Origin: Candidatus Cloacimonadota bacterium
GTDB lineage: Bacteria; Cloacimonadota; Cloacimonadia; JGIOTU-2
Length of the DNA: 64,000 nucleotides
Assembly (NCBI GenBank): GCA_049903315.1
Contig: JBNGBT010000007.1
Span: forward strand, 64,360 to 128,359
Direction: 5' to 3'
Shown in pieces: positions 37,853 through 50,069 of the stretch. The position numbers were made by a program, and so were the translations under genes. How positions within the stretch are numbered: the stretch's first letter is position 1; each line of letters starts with the position of its first letter. The notes under the pieces are model-generated. The model saw only the letters and a program-made list of their open reading frames with translations, did not search any database and was not told where the DNA came from.

Positions 37853-39907
37853 ATGAAGAAATACTCAATGGATAGTATTCGAAATTATGCCTTTGTTGGT
37901 GCCAGTGGATCAGGTAAAACTTCCATTGCTGAAGCGATGTTTTTCAACGCAGGAGTGATCAATCGACTTGGACGTGTTGACGATGGAAATACACTTATGG
38001 ATTACGATCCTGATGAAGTTTCCAAGAAAATGTCTATCAACCTTGCATTAGGCAACTTAGAGTGGAAAAAAATTAAACATAACATACTCGATACCCCAGG
38101 ATATAGCGACTTTAAAGGTGATATGATCACTGCATTCCGCGCTGTTGATACTGCTCTTATTACGATCAGTGCAGTAGCAGGAATAGAAGTGATGACCGAT
38201 CAGGCAATGAAATATGCGGATGAAGTGAATAACAGTAAGGCAATTATTATAAATAAACTCGATAGGGAACATGCAAAATTTACCGAGATAATCGATGAGT
38301 TGAGCAGCTTTTCCGACCAGATCGTGGTGCCGGTTCTTATCCCGATCGGAACCGCAGAACACTTCAAAGGTGTGGTGAACACCATTAATAAAAAAGCTTA
38401 TGCTCAGGGAAAAGAAATTGAAGTACCTTCTGACCTTACTGATGAAGTTGAAGAGTGGCACGAAAAAGTTATTGAAGCTGCAGCAGAATCTGATGATAAA
38501 CTTATGGAGAAGTTTTTTGAAGAAGGTGCTCTCTCTGCAGAAGAGATTAGTCTCGGACTAAAAAATTCAATCATGCAGGGTACTGCGATACCTGTTTTTG
38601 CATGCTCAGCATCAGAAAACATCGGCATTCAGGAAATCCTTAATCTTGTAAATATGTTCTTCCCATCACCACATGACATCAAAGAAATCCCAGTACAGAA
38701 AAGTGATGTAATAGAAAATCTCGATCTCGCCAATTATAAAAAGAAACTCGGCTATGTCATCAAATCTGTTACAGAATTAAACTTTGGGGAAATCGCTCTC
38801 GTAAGAATGTATTCAGGCGTGTTAAATACAGGAGATGAGGTTGAACTTCCCGAGAAAGCTGCCAAGGAAAAGATCGGACAGATATTTTCCGTATGCGGCA
38901 AAAAACGTGATGAAGTCGATGAATTATGCGCTGGAGATATAGGCGGTTTGGTCAAATTGAAAAATACCAAAACATCGAATACTATTGCAGAAAAGGGAGA
39001 AAATCTCATAATCAAACCTCTGCATTATCCCGAACCGGTTTATTGGAAGTCTATCCGGGCAGCCAGCCAATCCGATGAAGACAGGATCGGTCCTGCACTC
39101 ACAAAAATCACGGATGAAGATCCTACGATAAAAACAGAGATCAATATTGAAACCAACCAGAATATTCTTTCCGGACAGGGTGAAATACAGATCGGTCTTG
39201 TGCAGAAACGATTGAAAGATAAATACAATGTCGAAGCAAATCTCACTGATCCGAAAATACCTTACAAAGAAACCGTAACCGGCAAATCAGACGTGAAATA
39301 CCGCCATAAAAAACAGAGTGGTGGGCACGGGCAATATGGTGAAGTATATATAAAGGTTTCACCAAAAGAACTTGGTGAAGGATTTGAATTTGTCAATGCA
39401 ATTGTCGGGGGCGTCATTCCAAGCAAATATATCCCTGCTGTCGAAAAAGGACTTGTAGAAACCATGAGAGATGGTATTCTCGCAGGTTATCCGGTAGTTG
39501 ATATTCAAGTTGAACTTTATTACGGCTCGTACCACGATGTTGATTCCTCAGAAATGGCATTTAAAATAGCTGCTTCTCATGCACTCAAAGATGGTTTTGC
39601 TCAGGCAAATCCAATACTGCTCGAGCCCATTCACAAGGTGCAGATCGTGGTTCCTACAGAATACATGGGTGATGTCATGGGTGATATCAGCAGCAGAAGA
39701 GGTAAAATCCTCGGTATGTCGCAAGAAGACAACAAGCAGATTCTTAATGCGGAAATTCCGCTTTCGGAATTGTATTCCTATTATACGTCATTAAAATCAA
39801 TTACTCAGGGTCGCGGATATTTCACACAGCAATTTGCATATTATCAAAAACTTCCTAATGACCAGGCTCAAAAAGTTATTGATGAGAGCAAAAAGGATGA
39901 AGAATAA
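37853..39907 (+). CDS. fusA: Elongation factor G paralog (EF-G II type)
   Basis: GASGSGKT, divergent G2 region (KKMSI instead of RGITI), DTPG, NKLD, KKQSGGHGQY and GSYHDVDSSEMAF. Confidence 0.9.
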   Translation: MKKYSMDSIRNYAFVGASGSGKTSIAEAMFFNAGVINRLGRVDDGNTLMDYDPDEVSKKMSINLALGNLEWKKIKHNILDTPGYSDFKGDMITAFRAVDTALITISAVAGIEVMTDQAMKYADEVNNSKAIIINKLDREHAKFTEIIDELSSFSDQIVVPVLIPIGTAEHFKGVVNTINKKAYAQGKEIEVPSDLTDEVEEWHEKVIEAAAESDDKLMEKFFEEGALSAEEISLGLKNSIMQGTAIPVFACSASENIGIQEILNLVNMFFPSPHDIKEIPVQKSDVIENLDLANYKKKLGYVIKSVTELNFGEIALVRMYSGVLNTGDEVELPEKAAKEKIGQIFSVCGKKRDEVDELCAGDIGGLVKLKNTKTSNTIAEKGENLIIKPLHYPEPVYWKSIRAASQSDEDRIGPALTKITDEDPTIKTEINIETNQNILSGQGEIQIGLVQKRLKDKYNVEANLTDPKIPYKETVTGKSDVKYRHKKQSGGHGQYGEVYIKVSPKELGEGFEFVNAIVGGVIPSKYIPAVEKGLVETMRDGILAGYPVVDIQVELYYGSYHDVDSSEMAFKIAASHALKDGFAQANPILLEPIHKVQIVVPTEYMGDVMGDISSRRGKILGMSQEDNKQILNAEIPLSELYSYYTSLKSITQGRGYFTQQFAYYQKLPNDQAQKVIDESKKDEE

Positions 39908-39934
39908 TATTATCAGTAATTTGACGGAGGTATA

Positions 39935-40684
39935 ATGTCCGGACATAATAAATGGAGTTCGATAAAGCATAAGAAGGCAAAGGAAGATGCCAAACGAGGT
40001 AAGGTCTTCACGAAGATCATACGTGAAATCATTGTTGCAGCGCGGGACGGCGGGGGAGATCCGGAGTTGAATCCTGCACTTCGGAACGCAATTAATAAAG
40101 CAACTTCCGAAAACATGCCAAAAGATAATATCGAGCGCGCTATCAAAAAGGGAACTGGCGACCTTGAGGGCGTCAATTACGAAACTATCATGTACGAAGG
40201 ATATGCTCCGGGCGGTGTGGCAATGATCATTGAAGCAGTCACAGATAACAAACAGAGAACTGTTGCAGAAATCCGCCACGTCCTTACCAAACACAATGGC
40301 AGTCTGGCAGAAAAGGGCTCGGTCTCCTGGAATTTTAGTCAATCCGGTAGTATTCTCGTGCTGAAAGAAGAGCTTGATGAAGATGAACTCATGATGATCG
40401 CTCTTGATGCAGGCGCTGAAGATTTCTCAGAAGAAGATGAGTTTTTTATCATAACTACTGATTCAAAAGAATTATATAATGTCGTTCGCGGTTTGGAAGA
40501 AAAGGATATTAAGATAGAAAAAGCAGAACTCGAATATATCCCTCAAAACACAGTTCCTGCCAATGATAATGCTGCACAGATCATAAAGATCATTGAAGCC
40601 CTTGAAGAGCTCGAAGACGTGCAGAATGTCTATGCAAACTTCCAGATCGACGACGAAATATTAGAACAAGTCGCAGGTGAGTAA
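39935..40684 (+). CDS. yebC: YebC/PmpR family protein
   Basis: MSGHNKWSSIKHKK, YEGYAPGG and TDNKQRT. Confidence 0.96.
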   Translation: MSGHNKWSSIKHKKAKEDAKRGKVFTKIIREIIVAARDGGGDPELNPALRNAINKATSENMPKDNIERAIKKGTGDLEGVNYETIMYEGYAPGGVAMIIEAVTDNKQRTVAEIRHVLTKHNGSLAEKGSVSWNFSQSGSILVLKEELDEDELMMIALDAGAEDFSEEDEFFIITTDSKELYNVVRGLEEKDIKIEKAELEYIPQNTVPANDNAAQIIKIIEALEELEDVQNVYANFQIDDEILEQVAGE

Positions 40685-41165
40685 ACAAGAAATAATTGTA
40701 GGCATTGACCCCGGCTCTCAAGCAACGGGTTATGCATTTCTCTCTGTGGAACATAAAAAAGTGAAACCGCTGGCATATGGGGTTATCAAGAATAATCCAA
40801 GGATGACACTAGCGAAAAGGATTACTCTGCTGTACAAAGAGCTTAATCAGCTCATCGTAGAATTCAAACCGACAATTGCGAGCATCGAGAAAATATTCTA
40901 TGCAAAAAATGTTCGATCTCTTGTATCACTCGGCGAAGCGCGAGGGGTACTGCTGCTTGCTTTGGAACAGGCACAGATTCCCATATATGAGTACTCTGCC
41001 AGAGAGGTAAAAAAAGCAGTTGTAGGAAATGGCAACGCATCAAAACAACAGGTTCAATACATGGTTAAAAACATTATAAATATCAAAGACGAAGAACTGC
41101 AATTCGATATCACAGACGCACTTGCAATAGCTCTTTGTCATGTTAATAAATTGCAATATGTATGA
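40677..41165 (+). CDS. ruvC: Crossover junction endodeoxyribonuclease RuvC
   Basis: GIDPG, IEKIF, GEARG, VKKAVVGNGNASKQQV and DALAIALCH. Confidence 0.96.
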   Translation: MSKQEIIVGIDPGSQATGYAFLSVEHKKVKPLAYGVIKNNPRMTLAKRITLLYKELNQLIVEFKPTIASIEKIFYAKNVRSLVSLGEARGVLLLALEQAQIPIYEYSAREVKKAVVGNGNASKQQVQYMVKNIINIKDEELQFDITDALAIALCHVNKLQYV

Positions 41166-41763
41166 ATATATAAGCGGAAAGATCGTCGAGAAAAAGACAA
41201 CGTATATTGTTATAGAAGCCAATGGAATCGGCTTTAATATAACCATTCCAATAAGTACATATGACAAACTTGGTGAGGTTGGCACATTTGGAAAACTGTA
41301 TATTCGTTTTCACGTGAGAGAGAACGAACAACGGCTTTTCGGTTTTGCCACGAAGGAAGAGAGGGTTGTGTTTGATTCACTTTTAAAAGTTGCAGGAATA
41401 GGTCCAAAAATCGCCATTTCAATCCTATCCGGAATCACTATTAAGGATTTATTTGATGTTATTTCACGACAGGATGTAAAGCTTCTCTCCACTGTACCGG
41501 GTATTGGTAAAAAGAGTTCCGAACGTATCATTGTTGAACTAAAAGATAAATTTGATGATCTCCTTCCGAAAGACTATGTCGAATATACAGTCACACCTGA
41601 AGCACAGAGTTTTGTGAATGATGCTGAAGATGCGCTGATTTCACTTGGATATTCCAAAGCAAACGTGATAAAGAAAATTCAGAAATATATGTCTGAAAAC
41701 ACTCCCAGCTCTGCCGAGGATATTGTAAAAGCAATAATAAGAAATTTTTACTCAAAATTATGA
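41158..41763 (+). CDS. ruvA: Holliday junction branch migration protein RuvA
   Basis: HVRE...LFGF, VAGIGPK, VPGIGKKSSERIIVELK and ALISLGY. Confidence 0.96.
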   Translation: MYEYISGKIVEKKTTYIVIEANGIGFNITIPISTYDKLGEVGTFGKLYIRFHVRENEQRLFGFATKEERVVFDSLLKVAGIGPKIAISILSGITIKDLFDVISRQDVKLLSTVPGIGKKSSERIIVELKDKFDDLLPKDYVEYTVTPEAQSFVNDAEDALISLGYSKANVIKKIQKYMSENTPSSAEDIVKAIIRNFYSKL

Positions 41764-43064
41764 ACACCAGATTAGCAGCCTTTTACTCTTTAAATGAAAT
41801 TCTTCTTGAACGGAATAACTCCGAAAAGATCATGGCTCATTACTCTGCAAAGATCGAATCCAAGCAGGATCACAATCTCTACTTTACTCTTGTAAAAGGT
41901 ACTATCAAACAAAAGATACATCTGGAATTCCTTTTGAAAAATTATATAGATTTTGAGAAAACTGATCCAAAAGTGCTAAATCTCCTTTTACTGGGATTGT
42001 TCCAATTAACTTTTCTGGACTCAATTCCAGCGTATGCATGCGTGAATGAGACGATCAATATCAGCAATAAAGAATTCAAAAAAGGAGTAAGCAGTTTTAT
42101 CAATGCGGTGCTCCGTTCTTATATCAGAAAAGATAAAAAAATCCAGCTTCCGAGAGATATCGTGCAGAAAATCTCTGTTACATACTCCTTTCCAGCATAT
42201 TTAATCAAGAAATGGGTATCTCTTTTCGGTAAAGATGATACGATCGCTTTGTGTAAATATTTCAATAGCACTCCACAGCTTACTCTCCGAATCGAGACAG
42301 ATAAAATTTCATACGACAAATTTGCTGAATATCTCAATAGAAAAGGAGTCCTGTTCAGAAAGATTAACTATTTTGATAATATGGTAGTTATTGAATCATC
42401 CTTCAATTTTCTTGAAGATGAGTATTTTAAAAAAGGATTTTTTTATATCCAGAATGAAAGTGCGCTGCTTCCAGTGCTTCTTCTTGATCCTCAAAAAGGA
42501 GACAAGATACTCGACATGTGCGCAGCACCAGGCGGGAAAGCGCTCTATCTTGCTTCATTAACGAAAGATACTGCAAAAATAACTGCAGTTGATAATGATG
42601 CCGGACGTGTGATGCAATTCAAAGAAAATACAAAACGCATGAAGCACTCCTCAATTGATATTGTCATGAAAGATGTATTGTATTTAAAATCCCCAAGTAA
42701 GTTTGATAAAATCATTATTGATGCACCCTGCACAGGATGGGGAGTGATGCAGAGAAAGCCGGATATACGCTTGCAATCGGAAAATCGGTTAAAAAGCTTG
42801 ATACCTTTGCAGCAAAAATTTTTGGAAAAAGCAGATTCTCTTCTCAAAAAAAATGGCATTATTGTGTATTCAACCTGTACGATCAATCCGGATGAAAATG
42901 AGAAACAGATCGAAAAATTTATGAATAATCATCCAAATTATATCCTTGAAAAACCTGATCAATTTGTTGAGAATGATTTTGTATCTGGCAAATATATAAA
43001 AACTTATCCTTTTAAGCATAATATGGATGGAAGCTTCGCTTCTGCCTTAAGGAAAATCGCATGA
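41760..43064 (+). CDS. rsmB: 16S rRNA m5C967 methyltransferase RsmB
   Basis: NusB-like N-terminus; DMCAAPGGK, DAPCTG and YSTCT. Confidence 0.92.
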   Translation: MNTRLAAFYSLNEILLERNNSEKIMAHYSAKIESKQDHNLYFTLVKGTIKQKIHLEFLLKNYIDFEKTDPKVLNLLLLGLFQLTFLDSIPAYACVNETINISNKEFKKGVSSFINAVLRSYIRKDKKIQLPRDIVQKISVTYSFPAYLIKKWVSLFGKDDTIALCKYFNSTPQLTLRIETDKISYDKFAEYLNRKGVLFRKINYFDNMVVIESSFNFLEDEYFKKGFFYIQNESALLPVLLLDPQKGDKILDMCAAPGGKALYLASLTKDTAKITAVDNDAGRVMQFKENTKRMKHSSIDIVMKDVLYLKSPSKFDKIIIDAPCTGWGVMQRKPDIRLQSENRLKSLIPLQQKFLEKADSLLKKNGIIVYSTCTINPDENEKQIEKFMNNHPNYILEKPDQFVENDFVSGKYIKTYPFKHNMDGSFASALRKIA

Positions 43065-43645
43065 AAACGTTAAAAACGATTGGTTTTGTTGTCATAAGTT
43101 TTATTATTATATTCTTACTTGGCTTTGTGATTTCCCGCACTGTACTCTATTTTTACACACATCACAGGAATGAGGTTGAAGTGCCTGAACTCGTTAATAA
43201 AGATTACAAAAAAGCCAAACATGACCTGTATAAATTAGGACTTTATATTGATAAAATAGGCGAACGCAATAGCATGGAAGTTCTTGATGGGAGCATCATT
43301 TCCCAGGAACCGCAGGCAAATACAGTCGTGAAAAAGGGATATACGATCGATGTGATCGTGAGTAAAGGACCGGAACTTATTAAGATTCCGACATTGGACA
43401 ACCTGACGCTTGATGAAGCTAGAATACGGCTTATAAATAGCGGACTGGAAGTAGGTAATGTGAATTATTCATATTCAAATGAAATTCAAAAAGGAAAGGT
43501 CATCTATTGCCAGCCTGTGTATGGAATGGATGTTCCCAGAAATTCTAAAATTGCTCTTGTCATGAGCTTGGGTAAAATTCCTTCCACAATAAATTCAAAA
43601 CAAGACGAATATAACTCCTTACTGGAAAATCTGAATGAAAATTAG
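43061..43645 (+). CDS. Membrane-anchored protein with two PASTA domains
   Basis: N-terminal TM; VPELV...IISQEP...VSKG and IPTLDNL...VIYCQP...MSLG repeats. Confidence 0.88.
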   Translation: MKTLKTIGFVVISFIIIFLLGFVISRTVLYFYTHHRNEVEVPELVNKDYKKAKHDLYKLGLYIDKIGERNSMEVLDGSIISQEPQANTVVKKGYTIDVIVSKGPELIKIPTLDNLTLDEARIRLINSGLEVGNVNYSYSNEIQKGKVIYCQPVYGMDVPRNSKIALVMSLGKIPSTINSKQDEYNSLLENLNEN

Positions 43646-43653
43646 CAAATTGA

Positions 43654-45552
<1,899 letters not shown>

Positions 45553-45563
45553 CTGGAGGATAC

Positions 45564-48158
45564 ATGATTCACGACAGATCAAGAATTGAACAAATTGAAA
45601 TTGACGATGTACTGAAAAAAGCTTACCTGGAATACTCCATGAGTGTGATCGTATCACGAGCTCTACCTGATGTGAGAGATGGATTGAAACCTTCCCAGCG
45701 AAGAATTCTCTATGCAATGCACGAACTAAAACTCGAGCCGGGAAAAGGATTCCGAAAATGTGCAAAAATCGCAGGTGACACGTCCGGAAACTACCATCCA
45801 CATGGCGAGCAGGTCATCTATCCCACCCTTGTGAGAATGGCTCAGGAGTGGAGTCTGAGGTATCTTCTCGTACAGGGACAAGGCAACTTCGGCTCACAGG
45901 ATGGCGATCCACCTGCAGCTATGCGTTATACAGAAGCACGCTTGCATAAAGCAGCGGTCGATCTTATGGCTGACCTTGATAAAGATACTGTTGATTTTCA
46001 GTCAAACTACGATGATACACGGAAAGAACCAAAAGTATTTCCTTCAAAATTTCCAAATTTGATTGTAAATGGTTCATCTGGTATTGCGGTTGGAATGGCA
46101 ACAAATATGGCACCTCATAGTGTTTCTGAAACCTGCGATGCACTCTGTGCACTTATTGATGATCCTGAACTCGAGCACCTCAGATTGATGGACTATATAA
46201 AGGGTCCGGACTTTCCAACCGGTGGCTACATCATCGGGAAGCAGGGGATAAGAGATTATTTCCAGACTGGTTATGGCAAGATCATTAATCGCGGCAAAGC
46301 ATCTATAGAAACAAAAAATAACGGGCAGGAAGCGATCATTGTAACAGAACTTCCGTACCAACTCAACAAAACACTGCTTATTGATAAAATTGTAGCCCTG
46401 GTAAAAGACAAGAGGATTGACGGCATCAGCGATATTCGTGATGAATCCGGGCGCCAGGGAATGCGTTTGGTCATCACCATAAAAAGAAATGCAGATGCAG
46501 ACTCTGTCCTGAAAAAACTGTATAAATATTCTCAGTTGCAGGTAAGTTATGTGATCAATAACAGAGCTCTCGTAGGTGGAATTCCCCAGGTTCTCAATAT
46601 GAAAGACCTGCTTCAGAGTTATATTAATTTCCGACATGAAGTCGTGGTGCGCAGAACTCAATTTGAGCTGGATAACGCAGAAAAACGCCTTCATATTCTC
46701 GAGGGTTTCCGAATCGCTTTGGATAATATTGATGAGATAATCGCGATTATCAAAGCATCGGACAGTACTCAGGATGCAAGTGAGAATTTGCAAAAGAAAT
46801 TCGGATTCACAGAAATACAGGCAAAAGCAATCCTCGAAATGAGACTTCAGAGACTCACTGGCCTGGAGCGTGAAAAAATAGAACAGGAATATCGCGACCT
46901 TGTGAAGAGAGTCGAAGAGCTGAAAAGCATTCTCGAGATTCGTGGAAAACGTATGCAGATCATCAAAGATGAAGTTCTTGAGATGAAAGAAAAATATTCT
47001 GATGATCGAAGAACAACCATTTTGGATGGCTCCGCAGATATCGAAACTGAGGACATGATCGCCGACGAAGAAATGGTTGTAACTATTTCTCGCGAAGGAT
47101 ACATAAAGCGCCTTCCTATAAGAACTTACAGAAAACAGCAACGTGGCGGTAAAGGTCTTTCCGGATCGAATTTGAAAGAGGAAGATTTTATTGAAAGTGT
47201 GTTTGTTGCCTCGACACATGCCTTTATACTTTTCTTTACAGACCTTGGACAATGTCACTGGTTGAAAGTGCACAGGATTCCAAAAGTAGGAAGATTGGCA
47301 CGCGGAAAAGCAATCGTGAACCTTCTTCAGCTCGAAAGAAATGAGCGGATCGAAGCGTATGTCACTGTCCGTGATTTTGAACTTCCAAACTTTGTCACGA
47401 TTGTCACGAAGAATGGAATTATAAAGAAGACAGAACTGGCAGCATTCTCTCATCCTCGTACAGGTGGTATTATTGCGATAAAACTCATAGAGGGAGACGA
47501 GCTTATCGATGCGCGGATCACAGAAGGCGATAATGATATTATTCTTGCTACGAAAAATGGTTTCGGCAACCGTTTCCATGAAACAGACGTTCGACCTCAG
47601 GGGAGAAATTCTCAGGGTGTGATAGGCATTCGACTGAGAAATGGTGATGAAGCTGTTTCTATGGTAATCGTTAAACGGGAAGGAACCCTCCTATCCATAA
47701 GTGAAAATGGTTACGGCAAGCGCACTCCGATTGCTGACTATCGTGTGACAAAACGCGGCAGCATGGGAGTTATCACTATGAAAACCACCAAGCGAAATGG
47801 CAACCTTGTAAGCGTTCAGGAAGTTGTCGATGACGATGACCTTATTATCATCACAAACTCCGGTAAAGTGATACGCCAGCATGTAGGCAGCATTTCTGTG
47901 ATAAGCAGAAATACTCAAGGTATGCGGTTAATAACTCTGAATGCAGGTGACAAAGTCACGGACGTTGCGCGCGTAGCTCACGAAGAAGAAGAAATTCCTG
48001 AAGATGAAGATAATGGAAACGGCATTGAAAATGACGAACTCGATGAAGAATTGATCGAGATCGATGATATTGAAGAGGAAATCCAGGAAGATACTGAAGA
48101 AGATATTGATGAAATAGCTAAAGCAGATGAAGATAACGAAGAAGATACAGAAGAATAG
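45564..48158 (+). CDS. gyrA: DNA gyrase subunit A
   Basis: RALPDVRDGLKP, AAMRYTE, GyrA-box QQRGGKG, beta-pinwheel repeats and acidic tail. Confidence 0.97.
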   Translation: MIHDRSRIEQIEIDDVLKKAYLEYSMSVIVSRALPDVRDGLKPSQRRILYAMHELKLEPGKGFRKCAKIAGDTSGNYHPHGEQVIYPTLVRMAQEWSLRYLLVQGQGNFGSQDGDPPAAMRYTEARLHKAAVDLMADLDKDTVDFQSNYDDTRKEPKVFPSKFPNLIVNGSSGIAVGMATNMAPHSVSETCDALCALIDDPELEHLRLMDYIKGPDFPTGGYIIGKQGIRDYFQTGYGKIINRGKASIETKNNGQEAIIVTELPYQLNKTLLIDKIVALVKDKRIDGISDIRDESGRQGMRLVITIKRNADADSVLKKLYKYSQLQVSYVINNRALVGGIPQVLNMKDLLQSYINFRHEVVVRRTQFELDNAEKRLHILEGFRIALDNIDEIIAIIKASDSTQDASENLQKKFGFTEIQAKAILEMRLQRLTGLEREKIEQEYRDLVKRVEELKSILEIRGKRMQIIKDEVLEMKEKYSDDRRTTILDGSADIETEDMIADEEMVVTISREGYIKRLPIRTYRKQQRGGKGLSGSNLKEEDFIESVFVASTHAFILFFTDLGQCHWLKVHRIPKVGRLARGKAIVNLLQLERNERIEAYVTVRDFELPNFVTIVTKNGIIKKTELAAFSHPRTGGIIAIKLIEGDELIDARITEGDNDIILATKNGFGNRFHETDVRPQGRNSQGVIGIRLRNGDEAVSMVIVKREGTLLSISENGYGKRTPIADYRVTKRGSMGVITMKTTKRNGNLVSVQEVVDDDDLIIITNSGKVIRQHVGSISVISRNTQGMRLITLNAGDKVTDVARVAHEEEEIPEDEDNGNGIENDELDEELIEIDDIEEEIQEDTEEDIDEIAKADEDNEEDTEE

Positions 48159-48161
48159 AGC

Positions 48162-48743
48162 ATGAAAAAGAGTCTCTTAGTCTTGATGGTTTTAATGTTC
48201 TTGCTGCTTTCCTGTGCTCCCAAGATCCTTCCCGTGCGTTCTCATAATGTAAAAATCCAGGAAAACTATGCAGTGATCACTCACAAGGATTATGATATTG
48301 CGATAGAGCCGTCAAGCTGGAACGATCCGCCATCAAACCTGGAAAATTATTTTATGGTTTTCTATGTGATACTACGGAATAAAACCAATCAAATAATGTC
48401 CGTTGATAAAGATGCTTTTGTCATGATCGATGAGAAGGGTGAACAGTATTCAGTCTTTGGTCCTCAACAAATGGTGAAGATCATGTACGGAGATAACCAG
48501 TACTTTGATCTTAATTATTTTATGAATTTTGATGATCAGGATCATGATCAATTGAAAGAGGAATACGAAGCCCGTTTGGATGGAATCCGGAATATCATGA
48601 TGAAATCATTTCAGTTTGAGCCGATTCGTCCCCAAGCACAACAAAGCGGCTATCTTTTCTTTGAGCGGCTAGAATTTAAGAAACAAGCACTTTTCAAGAT
48701 TTACTACAACGATGACGTCATGGAATTTGTTATCTCAAAATAG
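48162..48743 (+). CDS. Putative lipoprotein
   Basis: Lipobox LLSC after a hydrophobic leader; C-terminal SGYLFFE strand pattern. Confidence 0.75.
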   Translation: MKKSLLVLMVLMFLLLSCAPKILPVRSHNVKIQENYAVITHKDYDIAIEPSSWNDPPSNLENYFMVFYVILRNKTNQIMSVDKDAFVMIDEKGEQYSVFGPQQMVKIMYGDNQYFDLNYFMNFDDQDHDQLKEEYEARLDGIRNIMMKSFQFEPIRPQAQQSGYLFFERLEFKKQALFKIYYNDDVMEFVISK

Positions 48744-48746
48744 CGT

Positions 48747-50048
48747 ATGAATCCAGCTCAAATAATTATCAAAAAGCGCGATCGAGAACCACTTTCACAC
48801 AAAGAAATCAAATATTTTATTTCTTCCTATGTGAAAGGTGATGTGGAAAATTACCAGATGTCTGCGATGCTTATGGCAATTCTTCTTAATGGCATGAGCA
48901 AAGATGAGATATACTGGCTTACAAAAGAATATATAGATTCCGGTGTCACTCTTACTTTCCGCGAATCAAAGGGAAGATGTATTGATAAACACAGTACTGG
49001 CGGAGTAGGGGATAAATTATCGCTTATGATCGGCCCAGTTGCAGCAGAATGCGGTGTCATGGTACCAATGATCTCGGGACGGGGACTTGGTCATACTGGA
49101 GGTACATTGGACAAACTTGAGTCAATTCCCGGTTACCAGACACAAATTTCATTAGAGAGATTTCAAAAAATCGTTCGTAAAAACAATTATGCCATCATCG
49201 GACAATCAAATAACATGGTTCCTGCTGACAGAAAGATCTATGCACTGCGTGATGTGACAGGCACTGTGGAGAGCATTCCGCTTATTACTGCCAGTATTAT
49301 GAGCAAAAAAATTGCATCCGGTATAGATGGCTTGGTTATTGACCTGAAAGTCGGAAATGGCGCTTTCATCGGTACGATGGAACATGCGCATCAGCTTGCA
49401 GAATCTATGAGCAAGATCGCAAAGGATTTCAATAAGAAGATCACCATTAATTTCACTGATATGAATGCCCCTCTTGGAAGATATATCGGTAATGCGGTTG
49501 AGGTGATTGAAGCTATAGAATTCTTAAAAGGGAATATAGAACCCGACCTTAAGGAAGTGACCTATAAATTAGTTGCGGATATGCTTATCTTAGCGGGAAT
49601 TTCGAAAAGTTTTGGACAGGCAGAGATAATGATTGAGCGAGCAATTGAGAACGGAAAAGCTCTTGAACGCTTCAGAAAAGGCATTGAATTACAAAACGGA
49701 AATCCCGCTGTAATAGATGATTACTCGTTATTACCTCAACCAAAACATAAAAAAGATATCTATGCACATAGTACTGGTTATATCAAAAATATTAACAGCA
49801 AAAGTATCGGGTATGCGCTTATTGAAGTGAATGCAGGAAGAAAGCATGTTGATGACAAAATCGATCATGCAGCAGGGTTAAAATTATTGAACCGAATAGG
49901 GGATAAGGTTTCGAAAAATGAGAAGATTGCTGAGCTCTATTATGATAATGATCAAGGGAATAAAGCAGCAAAAGACATTGAGAATTGCTTTGAATATTCT
50001 AAGGATAAAATTACTACAACTGGCAGGTTATTAGGCACACTTAAGTAA
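48747..50048 (+). CDS. pdp: Pyrimidine-nucleoside/thymidine phosphorylase
   Basis: DKHSTGGVGDK, SGRGLGHTGGTLDKLESIPG and SIMSKK. Confidence 0.95.
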   Translation: MNPAQIIIKKRDREPLSHKEIKYFISSYVKGDVENYQMSAMLMAILLNGMSKDEIYWLTKEYIDSGVTLTFRESKGRCIDKHSTGGVGDKLSLMIGPVAAECGVMVPMISGRGLGHTGGTLDKLESIPGYQTQISLERFQKIVRKNNYAIIGQSNNMVPADRKIYALRDVTGTVESIPLITASIMSKKIASGIDGLVIDLKVGNGAFIGTMEHAHQLAESMSKIAKDFNKKITINFTDMNAPLGRYIGNAVEVIEAIEFLKGNIEPDLKEVTYKLVADMLILAGISKSFGQAEIMIERAIENGKALERFRKGIELQNGNPAVIDDYSLLPQPKHKKDIYAHSTGYIKNINSKSIGYALIEVNAGRKHVDDKIDHAAGLKLLNRIGDKVSKNEKIAELYYDNDQGNKAAKDIENCFEYSKDKITTTGRLLGTLK

Positions 50049-50069
50049 TTAGGTGAAGTGAGGTGTGAC

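Noticed and set aside
46074..47579. 501-aa ORF on the minus strand
   Set aside because: Lies entirely antisense to gyrA and has no recognisable motifs; a shadow ORF from codon bias.
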